17,381 nt of DNA from Gemmatimonadota bacterium (GTDB taxonomy: Bacteria; Gemmatimonadota; Gemmatimonadetes; Gemmatimonadales; GWC2-71-9), in contig JBDHDE010000068.1 in assembly GCA_039591655.1 (NCBI GenBank), forward strand, positions 1-17,381. The letters run 5' to 3'. Below are positions 6,480-14,616 of this stretch, one piece after another; position 1 is the first letter of the stretch, and every line of letters begins with the position of its first letter. Below the pieces are notes generated by a model. The model saw nothing but the letters and a program-made list of their open reading frames with translations. It had not been told where the DNA came from and ran no database searches. The translations under genes were made by a program, and so were the position numbers.

Positions 6480-8182
6480 GCCACATCGTTATCGATCCGG
6501 TCACGCGCATCGAAGGTCACCTGCGCATCGAAGCGGAGGTCGACGGCGGTGTGGTGCGGGATGCCTGGTCCTCCGCCACGATGTTCAGGGGCGTGGAGAT
6601 CATCCTCAAGGGCCGGGATCCGAGGGACGCCTGGGCGTTCACCCAGCGGATTTGCGGTGTGTGCACCACTGTGCACTCCATTGCGTCGATCCGCGCAGTG
6701 GAGAATGCGATTGGCGCGATGCCACCACCGAACGCGCGCCTGCTGCGCAATCTGATCATGGCGTCGCAGATGGTTCAGGACCACGTGGTGCATTTCTACC
6801 ATCTGCATGCCCTGGACTGGGTGGACATCGTGTCGGCGCTGTCTGCCAATCCGGCTGCGACATCCCGGCTCGCCCAGTCCATCTCGGACTGGCCGCTCTC
6901 CAGCACGAACTACTTCCGAGCGGTGAAGGAGCGGGTGCAGCAGTTCGTGCAGCGTGGGCAACTGGGTCCTTTCGCCAACGCGTATTGGGGGCACCCGGCA
7001 TATCGCCTGCCACCTGAGGCCAATCTGTTGGCGGTGGCGCACTACCTGGAGGCGCTGGGCTGGCAGCGCGACTTCATCAAGATGCACGCCGTGCTGGGGG
7101 GGAAGAACCCGCACCTCCAGAGCTTCCTGGTGGGGGGGATGGCCACACCGGTCGATCCGGACAAGCAGGCGTCGATCAACATCACGTCGATCTCCACCAT
7201 GCGGAAGCTGATCCATCAGGCACGCAAGTTCGTAGAGAAGGTGTATATCCCCGATCTCCTCGCAGTGGCCTCGTTCTACAAGGACTGGGCGAGTCACGGC
7301 GCCGGCGTGGGGAACTACCTGGCGTACGGCGAGTACCCGGAGACCGAGGGTGCCAACGCGCCCTTGTTCCTCCCGCGCGGAGTAATCCGCAACCGCGATC
7401 TGTCGACGGTGGAGCCGTTCGATCCGGCGCAGGTCACGGAGTACGTGACCCACTCGTGGTTCGAGTACGAGGGCGGGGACGAGCAAGGGCTGCACCCGTC
7501 GCTGGGAGAAACCAAGCCCACCTACACCGGGCCCGAGCCGCCGTACGATCGACTGGACACGGATGGCAAGTACAGCTGGCTCAAGTCGCCGCGTTACGAC
7601 GGCTTGCCGATGGAGGTCGGGCCCCTCTCTCGCATGCTCGTTGCCTACGGCTCGGGACACCCCAGGGTACGTGAGCTGGTGGGCTACGTTCTCGGAGAGC
7701 TCGGCGTCGGACCCGCCGCGCTGTTCTCGACCCTCGGTCGAGTCGCCGCACGGGGCATCGAGACGCTGGTGCTGGCCGAGAAGTTGGAGGGCTGGCTCGA
7801 CGAGCTGGCCGAGAACATGGGTCGTGGCGAGCTGGCAATCCACGACAACTCGAAGTGGAAACCGTCGAGCTGGCCTGAGGAGTGCACCGGTGCTGGCTTC
7901 CACGAGGCGCCGCGTGGCGCCCTCGGGCATTGGGTGCACATCGTCGACGGCGAGATCGCCAACTACCAATGCGTGGTGCCCAGCACCTGGAACGGTGGGC
8001 CACGCGATGCGGCCGGTCAGCGCGGGCCGTATGAGGAGGCGGTCGTCGGGACGCCGGTGGCCAACGCCGAGCAGCCACTCGAGATTCTGCGAACCGTGCA
8101 TTCGTTCGATCCCTGCATGGCGTGCGGTGTCCACGTCGTGGACCGCGCGGGTCGCGAGCTGGTGAAAGTGAGGGACCGATGA
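6476..8182 (+). CDS. hyaB: [NiFe]-hydrogenase group 1 large subunit
   Basis: DPVTRIEGH, L1 motif TQRICGVCTTVH, HFYHLHALDW, GGKNPH, EAPRG and L2 motif SFDPCMACGVH, followed by a 15-aa cleavable C-terminal extension. ATGA overlap with the small subunit gene. Confidence 0.97.
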   Translation: MSHIVIDPVTRIEGHLRIEAEVDGGVVRDAWSSATMFRGVEIILKGRDPRDAWAFTQRICGVCTTVHSIASIRAVENAIGAMPPPNARLLRNLIMASQMVQDHVVHFYHLHALDWVDIVSALSANPAATSRLAQSISDWPLSSTNYFRAVKERVQQFVQRGQLGPFANAYWGHPAYRLPPEANLLAVAHYLEALGWQRDFIKMHAVLGGKNPHLQSFLVGGMATPVDPDKQASINITSISTMRKLIHQARKFVEKVYIPDLLAVASFYKDWASHGAGVGNYLAYGEYPETEGANAPLFLPRGVIRNRDLSTVEPFDPAQVTEYVTHSWFEYEGGDEQGLHPSLGETKPTYTGPEPPYDRLDTDGKYSWLKSPRYDGLPMEVGPLSRMLVAYGSGHPRVRELVGYVLGELGVGPAALFSTLGRVAARGIETLVLAEKLEGWLDELAENMGRGELAIHDNSKWKPSSWPEECTGAGFHEAPRGALGHWVHIVDGEIANYQCVVPSTWNGGPRDAAGQRGPYEEAVVGTPVANAEQPLEILRTVHSFDPCMACGVHVVDRAGRELVKVRDR

Positions 8183-8898
8183 CTACGGCGACGAGCCCGG
8201 CGGTAGAACCCAAGCTCACGCGAGTGTACGTGTGGGATGTGCCGGTTCGCCTCACGCACTGGCTCATCGCCATCTCCATCACCGTGCTGGCGATCACCGG
8301 CTTCTATATCGGGCATCCCTTCATCGTGGCGCCGAATCCTGCCGGGCAGGAGTTCGTGATGGGGACGGTGCTGGCGATCCACTTCTTCGCCGCGATCGTC
8401 TTCAGCCTGTCTGAGATCTCCAGGATCATCTGGATGTTCGTGGGCAACCGCTACGCCCGGTGGGACCAGATGATCCCGATGAGCAAAGTTCGGTGGAAGC
8501 ACACGTGGGAGTGGCTCAAGTTCTACCTGCTATTCCGGGCGGAGACACCGCGATTCGTGGGCCACAACCCATTGGCCGGCTTGACGTACATCGCCGTCTA
8601 CTGCCTGTGCATTCTGGCGGCACTCACTGGATACTCGCTGTTCTCGCTGCAGGCCGGACCGGACTCCCCCATGCGGATCTTCTCGTTCCTGGTGCCACTG
8701 TTCGGGGGAGCCCAGACTACTCGGTGGATCCACCACAACATCATGTGGCTGCTGGTGATCTTCGTGATCCACCATATCTCCTGTGCCCTTCTCGTCACCC
8801 GCGCGGCGAGGAACGCCACCATCGAGTCGATGTTCTCGGGCTATCGATTCGCGCGGGACGAGGACATTGCCGCTGAAGAGGAGGAAACTAGGCGATGA
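8179..8898 (+). CDS. hyaC: Ni/Fe-hydrogenase b-type cytochrome subunit (quinone-reactive membrane anchor)
   Basis: VYVWDVPVRLTHW, GHNPLA and RWIHH..MW motifs, four TM helices and heme-ligand His residues. True start is the ATG at 8179 (ATGA overlap with the large subunit stop), not 8122. Confidence 0.93.
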   Translation: MTTATSPAVEPKLTRVYVWDVPVRLTHWLIAISITVLAITGFYIGHPFIVAPNPAGQEFVMGTVLAIHFFAAIVFSLSEISRIIWMFVGNRYARWDQMIPMSKVRWKHTWEWLKFYLLFRAETPRFVGHNPLAGLTYIAVYCLCILAALTGYSLFSLQAGPDSPMRIFSFLVPLFGGAQTTRWIHHNIMWLLVIFVIHHISCALLVTRAARNATIESMFSGYRFARDEDIAAEEEETRR

Positions 8899-9452
8899 CG
8901 GTGTCCGGCAGCCCGCCGTCTCTCCTGGTTCTCGGACTGGGAAACGTCCTGTGTGGCGACGACGGGTTGGGGGTAGCGGCGACCGAGCTGCTCGGTCGCC
9001 GCTACCAGCCCCCGGAGAATGCACGCTGTCTGGACGGCGGCACCCTGGGGCTCACGCTGCTGTCGTACATCGAATCCTCCGATGACGTGATTCTGGTCGA
9101 CGCAATTCGCGCCGAGGGCCCGGCGGGCTCGCTGGTACGGCTGGAAGGCGACGATGTAGGGCCGGCGGTACGCGATCGCCTCTCGGTTCACCAGATTGGC
9201 GTTGCCGATCTGCTCGAAGGGCTCCGCCTGTTGGACGCCTACCCGCGGAGCCTAGTTCTGCTGGGACTGGTTCCCGAGACGCTGGCGCTGGGTCTCGGCC
9301 GCTCCCCCGTCGTGGAGCGACAGGTTCCTCGGCTGGTAGAGGAAATCGTAGATGAAGCCCAGCGGATGGGTTACGAGTTTCGCCCTCGGGGGGGTGATGC
9401 AGCGGCTCGCGCCAGCGGCGGTGACCCTGCTGCTGGGGCTCTGGGCCTGTAA
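8895..9452 (+). CDS. hyaD: Hydrogenase maturation endopeptidase (HyaD/HybD family)
   Basis: LVLGLGNVLCGDDGLG, LDGGTLG, ILVDA and SVHQIG motifs. ATGA-coupled to the cytochrome b gene. Confidence 0.93.
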   Translation: MTVSGSPPSLLVLGLGNVLCGDDGLGVAATELLGRRYQPPENARCLDGGTLGLTLLSYIESSDDVILVDAIRAEGPAGSLVRLEGDDVGPAVRDRLSVHQIGVADLLEGLRLLDAYPRSLVLLGLVPETLALGLGRSPVVERQVPRLVEEIVDEAQRMGYEFRPRGGDAAARASGGDPAAGALGL

Positions 9453-9810
9453 TCCGTCGGGCCTCCCTCGTGAGTATGCGGACGCGGACGTTCCCGAGGA
9501 GAGACTGAACTCCGCCGAGGCGCGAGGGCGCGGGCGGGTACTCTTCCTGGATCATTGCGCGATCTGCCACGGCGAGCGCGCCGACGGCCAGGGCCCTCGG
9601 CGCAACCTCTCGCGACCGGCCGCCAACTTCGCCGATCCCACGTGGCGCGCGCGGATGAATCCCAGACGCGCGTACTACGTGATCCGCGAAGGTCTCCGGC
9701 GAACGCCCATGCCGGCGTGGAAGATCCTCGATGAGGATCAGACCTGGGACCTGGTGGCCTATGTACTCTCGGTGGTGGAGCAGGGGCCGGGGGTAGCCGC
9801 GTCACCCTGA
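9397..9810 (+). CDS. Lipoprotein monoheme class I cytochrome c (137 aa)
   Basis: Signal peptide MQRLAPAAVTLLLGLWA-C with a lipobox-like LWAC (Cys18). Heme motif CAICH, distal Met in TPMPAW and terminal helix WDLVAYV. Overlaps the last 56 nt of hyaD. Confidence 0.85.
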   Translation: MQRLAPAAVTLLLGLWACNPSGLPREYADADVPEERLNSAEARGRGRVLFLDHCAICHGERADGQGPRRNLSRPAANFADPTWRARMNPRRAYYVIREGLRRTPMPAWKILDEDQTWDLVAYVLSVVEQGPGVAASP

Positions 9811-9971
9811 ACGGTCTTGAGATTCTCGGTAATACAAGGGAACTTAAGTCGTACGTAGGCGATCTCCCGCGGTTCTTCTTAACGAAGCCCTCCCCACACT
9901 AGGGTGATCGACCGGCTCCGGACCTGGGGGCACGAGGCACAACGCGACGAATCGCCTGAGCGGGTGTCCAC

Positions 9972-10232
9972 ATGCACGAGTTGAGCATCGCGCTGGAGGT
10001 GTGCAACATCGCCGAGGCGCACGTTCCCCGTGACCAGCTTCCCAGCGTGGTGGAGGTGGGGCTCGAGGTCGGGGACGATGCCGGTGTGGAGGTGGACAAC
10101 CTGGAGTTCTGCCTGGAAGCGCTGCTCTCGAACCCGCCGTTCCACGAGGCGAAGCCGGTGATCAAGCGGGTCCAAGGGGACGTGCTGCGCGTCAGCTACC
10201 TGGAGGTCGAGGATGGCCGTCCGGACGATTGA
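9972..10232 (+). CDS. hypA: Hydrogenase nickel metallochaperone HypA, short form lacking the zinc-binding domain
   Basis: N-terminal MHELSIA nickel motif, VGLEVG..AGVE..NLEFC, and C-terminal G.VLRVSYLEVE strand. No CxxC motifs; 86 aa. Lies directly before hypB. Confidence 0.85.
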   Translation: MHELSIALEVCNIAEAHVPRDQLPSVVEVGLEVGDDAGVEVDNLEFCLEALLSNPPFHEAKPVIKRVQGDVLRVSYLEVEDGRPDD

Positions 10233-10893
10233 GGTCCGCGAGAAGGTGATGGCGAAGAACGACGAGCTGGCCGGCGAGGTGCGGCGGCGGCTGGCGCAAT
10301 ACGGAGTTCCGGCGTTCAACCTGGTCTCCTCGCCCGGAGCGGGGAAGACGCTGCTGCTGGAGCGCACCCTGGAGCAGGTCGGCTCGAAGCTGGACATCGC
10401 CGTCGTCACCGGCGACGTGCAGACGCAGAACGATGCAGATCGCCTGAGCCGTCACACCGACAAGCTCGTGCAGGCCGTCGTGACAGGGGGTGCGTGCCAT
10501 TTGGACGCACGACAAGTGCTGACGGCCCTGGAGGAGATGGACCTCGCGAGCACCGACCTCGTGTTCGTCGAGAACGTGGGCAACCTGGTGTGTCCCGCGA
10601 GTTGGGATCTCGGTGAGGCGGCGAAGATCGTGCTGTTCTCCACGACAGAGGGGGAGGACAAGCCGGTGAAGTACCCCAAGATGTTCCGCCAGGCGCGCTA
10701 CGCCGTGTTCACCAAGATCGACTTGCTGCCCCACCTCAGATTCGACATGGACAGGGCGCAGGCCTACGCACGCGAGGTGAACCCGGAGCTCCGGCTCTTC
10801 TTCACCTCGGCGCTCAAGGGCGACGGCATGGACGAGTGGTATGCGTTTCTGGAGCAGCAGGTAGGAGAGGCGAAGGAGGCGCGCAGGGCGTGA
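10213..10893 (+). CDS. hypB: Hydrogenase nickel incorporation GTPase HypB (short form)
   Basis: P-loop SSPGAGKT, GACHLDA, ENVGNLVCPA, EGEDKPVKYP and TKIDL motifs. No N-terminal CxxCGC or His-rich region. GGAGG upstream. Confidence 0.95.
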   Translation: MAVRTIEVREKVMAKNDELAGEVRRRLAQYGVPAFNLVSSPGAGKTLLLERTLEQVGSKLDIAVVTGDVQTQNDADRLSRHTDKLVQAVVTGGACHLDARQVLTALEEMDLASTDLVFVENVGNLVCPASWDLGEAAKIVLFSTTEGEDKPVKYPKMFRQARYAVFTKIDLLPHLRFDMDRAQAYAREVNPELRLFFTSALKGDGMDEWYAFLEQQVGEAKEARRA

Positions 10894-13202
10894 CGGCCAG
10901 GGCGCCGGCTGCGGAACGCGATGCGCTGCGCATCAGCGTCACCGGCGTGGTGCAGGGTGTGGGCTTTCGGCCCTTCGTGCACCGCCTGGCGTTGAAGCAC
11001 GGCCTCGGGGGATGGGTGCGGAACGAGGCGGGAGAGGTGCAGGTCGAGATCGAAGGCCCGCGGGGGTCGCTGCGCGCCTTCGTGCACGACCTCGTGGCCG
11101 AGGCGCCGCCCCTGGCGCGCATCGACTCGCTGGACGTCCTGTCGGCCGAGCCCCGGAACGCGGTAGAGTTCCGCATCGTCGAGAGCGTGGACCAGCCCGA
11201 TCGCCGCCAGCCGGTCTCGCCCGACGTGGCGCTGTGTCCGGCGTGCGAGGCGGAGCTGTTCGATCCGGGAGACCGCCGCCACCGCTATCCCTTCATCACC
11301 TGCACCGATTGTGGGCCGCGGTTCACCGTGATCGAGTCCATGCCGTACGACCGGGAGCGGACCAGTATGGGGGTGTTCCAGCAGTGCGCACCCTGTCTAG
11401 GGGAGTACGAAGCTCCCGAGGATCGCCGCTACCACTCCGAGAGCAACAGCTGTCCCGACTGCGGACCGCGGGTGTGGTTCGAGCCGGCGGGGGAGCGGCG
11501 GGAGGTTGCGGGCGGCGAGGCTGCGATTCGCGAGGCCGCCGAGGCGCTCGTCGCGGGTCGCGTCGTGGCCATTCGGGGGCTTGGCGGATTCCACCTGGCG
11601 GCGGACGCGACCAACGATGCGGCGGTCCGTCGCCTGCGCGAGCGCAAGGCGCGGGAGGCCAAGCCGCTGGCCGTGATGGTGCGTACGATGGTCGAGGCGC
11701 GGCGGTTGGGACGGGTCGGGCCGGAGGAGGAACGACTGCTGACCTCCCGGGAGCGGCCCATCGTGCTGCTGGAGACGATGCCCGAGGCGGGACTTGCTCC
11801 GTCGCTGGCCCCGGGGCTCGACACGGTGGGCGTGATGACGGCGTACACCCCACTGCACCAACTACTGCTCGATCTCGTGGAGCGGCCGCTGGTCATGACG
11901 AGTGGGAACCTCAGCGAGGAGCCCATCGCCACCGGCAATGATGACGCGCGCGGGCGGTTGGACTCGATCGCCGACGCCTTCCTGCTGCACGATAGGGAGA
12001 TCGTGGCGCGGTACGACGACTCGGTGGTGCGTGTCGCAGACGGCGCGCCGCTGTTCCTCAGGCGGGCCCGAGGGTACGCCCCCCTCCCGGTGGAGCTACC
12101 CCTGGCCACGCCGGTCCCGCTGGTGGCGGTCGGTCCCCACCTCAAGAACACCTTCGCGCTGGCGCATGAGACCACGGCGTACGTGAGCCAGCACATAGGC
12201 GATCTGGAGAACTTGGAGACGCTGGAGCACTTTCAGGCCTCCCTTGCCGCCTTCCGTAGGTTGTTCCGCATCGAGCCGCAAGTCGCGGTGCGTGACCTCC
12301 ACCCCGGCTATCTCTCGACCCGTGTGGCCGAGGAGTTGGACCTGCAACTCTTCACAGTGCAACACCACCACGCCCACACGGCGGCTGTGGCGGCGGAGCA
12401 CGGGGTGACCGAGACCGTGGTGGGTGTGGCTTACGACGGCACGGGCTACGGAGAGGATGGCGCTGTGTGGGGGGCGGAGGTTCTGGTGTCCGACCTGGCC
12501 GGCTACGAGCGGCGGGGGCAGCTGCGGTACGCCCCCCTGCCCGGCGGCGACCTCGCAGTCCGTCGACCCTGGCGGGTGGCCCTGGGTTACCTCTCCCTCG
12601 AGCCCAACGCCGCCAGGGCATTCGCCCGAGCTTTCGAGGGCGTGGATCCGCAGGAGCGCTCCGTGGCCGAGCAGCAGATCGCGCGGGAGCTGAACGCGCC
12701 CCCGGCTTCATCCATGGGGCGGCTGTTCGACGTGGCAGCCGCCGTGCTGGGAACTCGCCGGGTGTCGTACTACGAGGGGCAGGCGGCCATGGAGCTGGAG
12801 GCGCTAGCCGGGAGCCAGCCGGCGGAGCCCTTGCCGTTCCCCGTGCTGGAGGGCCAGAATGGATCTTGGCTCCTCGATCCCCTCCCGCTGCTCGTCGCCC
12901 TGGGAGAACGCCTGGCGACGGGGGGCGACGTCGGGGAGCTCGCCGCGCAGTTCCATGAGAGCGTCGCCGAGGCCACGGCCACACTCGTTCGGCGAGTCGG
13001 GGAGGGTGCGGGTGTGGGCACGGCGGCCCTGGGGGGCGGCTGCTTCCAGAACGCGCGGCTCCTCGCCGCGGTGCGGGCGCGCCTCGAGGAGGCGGGCTTC
13101 AGGGTGCTGGTACCCCGGCGCTTGAGCCCCAACGACGGCGCCATCAGCTACGGCCAGGCTGCGGTCGCCGCCACGCTCATGCGGCGTAACGGGGTTTCCT
13201 GA
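10890..13202 (+). CDS. hypF: Carbamoyltransferase HypF
   Basis: Acylphosphatase GVVQGVGFRPFV; zinc fingers CPAC/CTDC/CAPC/CPDC; GLGGFHL, QHHHAH, DGTGYG and PNDGAISYGQ motifs. Start is the GTG at 10890 (GTGA overlap with the hypB stop, AGGAGG upstream). Confidence 0.96.
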   Translation: MTARAPAAERDALRISVTGVVQGVGFRPFVHRLALKHGLGGWVRNEAGEVQVEIEGPRGSLRAFVHDLVAEAPPLARIDSLDVLSAEPRNAVEFRIVESVDQPDRRQPVSPDVALCPACEAELFDPGDRRHRYPFITCTDCGPRFTVIESMPYDRERTSMGVFQQCAPCLGEYEAPEDRRYHSESNSCPDCGPRVWFEPAGERREVAGGEAAIREAAEALVAGRVVAIRGLGGFHLAADATNDAAVRRLRERKAREAKPLAVMVRTMVEARRLGRVGPEEERLLTSRERPIVLLETMPEAGLAPSLAPGLDTVGVMTAYTPLHQLLLDLVERPLVMTSGNLSEEPIATGNDDARGRLDSIADAFLLHDREIVARYDDSVVRVADGAPLFLRRARGYAPLPVELPLATPVPLVAVGPHLKNTFALAHETTAYVSQHIGDLENLETLEHFQASLAAFRRLFRIEPQVAVRDLHPGYLSTRVAEELDLQLFTVQHHHAHTAAVAAEHGVTETVVGVAYDGTGYGEDGAVWGAEVLVSDLAGYERRGQLRYAPLPGGDLAVRRPWRVALGYLSLEPNAARAFARAFEGVDPQERSVAEQQIARELNAPPASSMGRLFDVAAAVLGTRRVSYYEGQAAMELEALAGSQPAEPLPFPVLEGQNGSWLLDPLPLLVALGERLATGGDVGELAAQFHESVAEATATLVRRVGEGAGVGTAALGGGCFQNARLLAAVRARLEEAGFRVLVPRRLSPNDGAISYGQAAVAATLMRRNGVS

Positions 13203-13213
13203 GGAGGCCATCG

Positions 13214-13510
13214 ATGTGTCTGGGCATTCCGGGACGAATCGTGGAGATGCATACGGACGGCGGCCTGACCATGGGCACCGTCGACTTCGGCGGCGTAAAA
13301 CGTGAGGTCTGCCTCGCGTACCTCGAGGGCGAGGTGGAGGTCGGCGACTACGCGATCGTCCATGTGGGCTTTGCGATCTCGAAGGTGGACGAGGAGGAGG
13401 CCAAGCGGACGTTCGAGGTCCTCAAGGAGATGAGTCAGCTGGACGAGCTGGAGTGGATGGAGGAGGTGGCGCAGAAGAGCCTCAACCCCGATCCCCCCGG
13501 AGCGCCATGA
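13214..13510 (+). CDS. hypC: Hydrogenase assembly chaperone HypC/HupF
   Basis: MCLGIPG N-terminus, [10 protein letters not shown] and [13 protein letters not shown] motifs. GAGGAGG RBS. Confidence 0.96.
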   Translation: MCLGIPGRIVEMHTDGGLTMGTVDFGGVKREVCLAYLEGEVEVGDYAIVHVGFAISKVDEEEAKRTFEVLKEMSQLDELEWMEEVAQKSLNPDPPGAP

Positions 13511-14616
13511 AGTACCTGAGCGAGTACCGCGACGGCCAGATCGCCCGGGGCCTGGCCGACACGATCCGGCACGCCGCCACCAAGCGCTGGGTCATGATGG
13601 AGGTCTGCGGCGGACAGACCCACACCATCGTCAAGCAGGGCATCGACGAGCTGCTGAACGGAGCCGTCGAGATGATCCATGGACCGGGCTGTCCGGTGTG
13701 CGTGACGCCGCTGGAGCAGATCGATCGCGCCGTGGAGCTCGCCTCTCGTCCCGACGTGATCTTCACCTCTTTCGGCGACATGCTGCGGGTACCCGGCAGC
13801 AAGTACGACCTGTTTCAGGTACGCGCCCGGGGTGGGGACGTCCGCGTGGTGTACTCCCCGCTCGACGCCTTGGAGCTCGCGAGGAAGCACCCGGACAGGG
13901 AGGTGGTCTTCTTCGCGGTGGGCTTCGAGACCACTGCCCCGGCCAACGCAATGGCGGTGTGGCGGGCCCACGAGCTCGGGATCGACAACTTCAGCGTGCT
14001 GGTGTCCCACGTGACCGTACCGCCCGCCATCGAGGCGATCCTGGCGTCCCCCGACAACCGGGTGCAGGCCTTCCTCGCGGCGGGGCACGTCTGCACCGTG
14101 ATGGGCTGGACCGAGTATGAGCCGCTGGCCGAGAAGTATCGCGTCCCCATCGTGGTGACGGGCTTCGAGCCAGTGGACATCCTGGAGGGCATCCTGATGG
14201 TCGTGCGCCAGCTGGAGGAGGGGCGCCACGAGGTCGAGAACCAGTACGTGCGGTCGGTGCGACGGGAGGGGAACCGGCCGGCGCAGGAGATCGTGCAGAA
14301 GGTGTTCTGCATCGTGGATCGGCCGTGGCGCGGCATCGGGACGATTCCCTCGAGCGGGCTCGGCCTGCGCGATGAGCTCGCCGCTCACGACGCGGAGCGC
14401 AGGTTCGGGATCGACACCATCACGGCGACGGAGTCCCCCGACTGTCACGCGGGAGACGTGCTGCGGGGCAAGCTCAAGCCCAACGAGTGTCCCGCGTTCG
14501 GCACGATGTGCACGCCGGAGCGACCCCTCGGCGCACCGATGGTCTCCTCCGAGGGCGCATGCGCCGCGTACTACAACTACGGGCGGTTCCGCGCCACCAG
14601 CACCACCGAGGCCTGA
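13507..14616 (+). CDS. hypD: Hydrogenase formation protein HypD
   Basis: [24 protein letters not shown] and C-terminal Cx14Cx6Cx16C motifs. Start is the ATG at 13507 (ATGA overlap with hypC). Confidence 0.96.
   Translation: MKYLSEYRDGQIARGLADTIRHAATKRWVMMEVCGGQTHTIVKQGIDELLNGAVEMIHGPGCPVCVTPLEQIDRAVELASRPDVIFTSFGDMLRVPGSKYDLFQVRARGGDVRVVYSPLDALELARKHPDREVVFFAVGFETTAPANAMAVWRAHELGIDNFSVLVSHVTVPPAIEAILASPDNRVQAFLAAGHVCTVMGWTEYEPLAEKYRVPIVVTGFEPVDILEGILMVVRQLEEGRHEVENQYVRSVRREGNRPAQEIVQKVFCIVDRPWRGIGTIPSSGLGLRDELAAHDAERRFGIDTITATESPDCHAGDVLRGKLKPNECPAFGTMCTPERPLGAPMVSSEGACAAYYNYGRFRATSTTEA

Noticed and set aside
8101..8135. Possible [NiFeSe] selenocysteine in the L2 motif
   Set aside because: Both L2 cysteines are TGC codons (DPCMAC), and there is no in-frame TGA.
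8122..13506. ORF-track starts at 8122, 9352, 10836 and 13453
   Set aside because: Downstream starts at 8179, 9397, 10890 and 13507 fit stop-start coupling, the signal peptide and family N-termini better.
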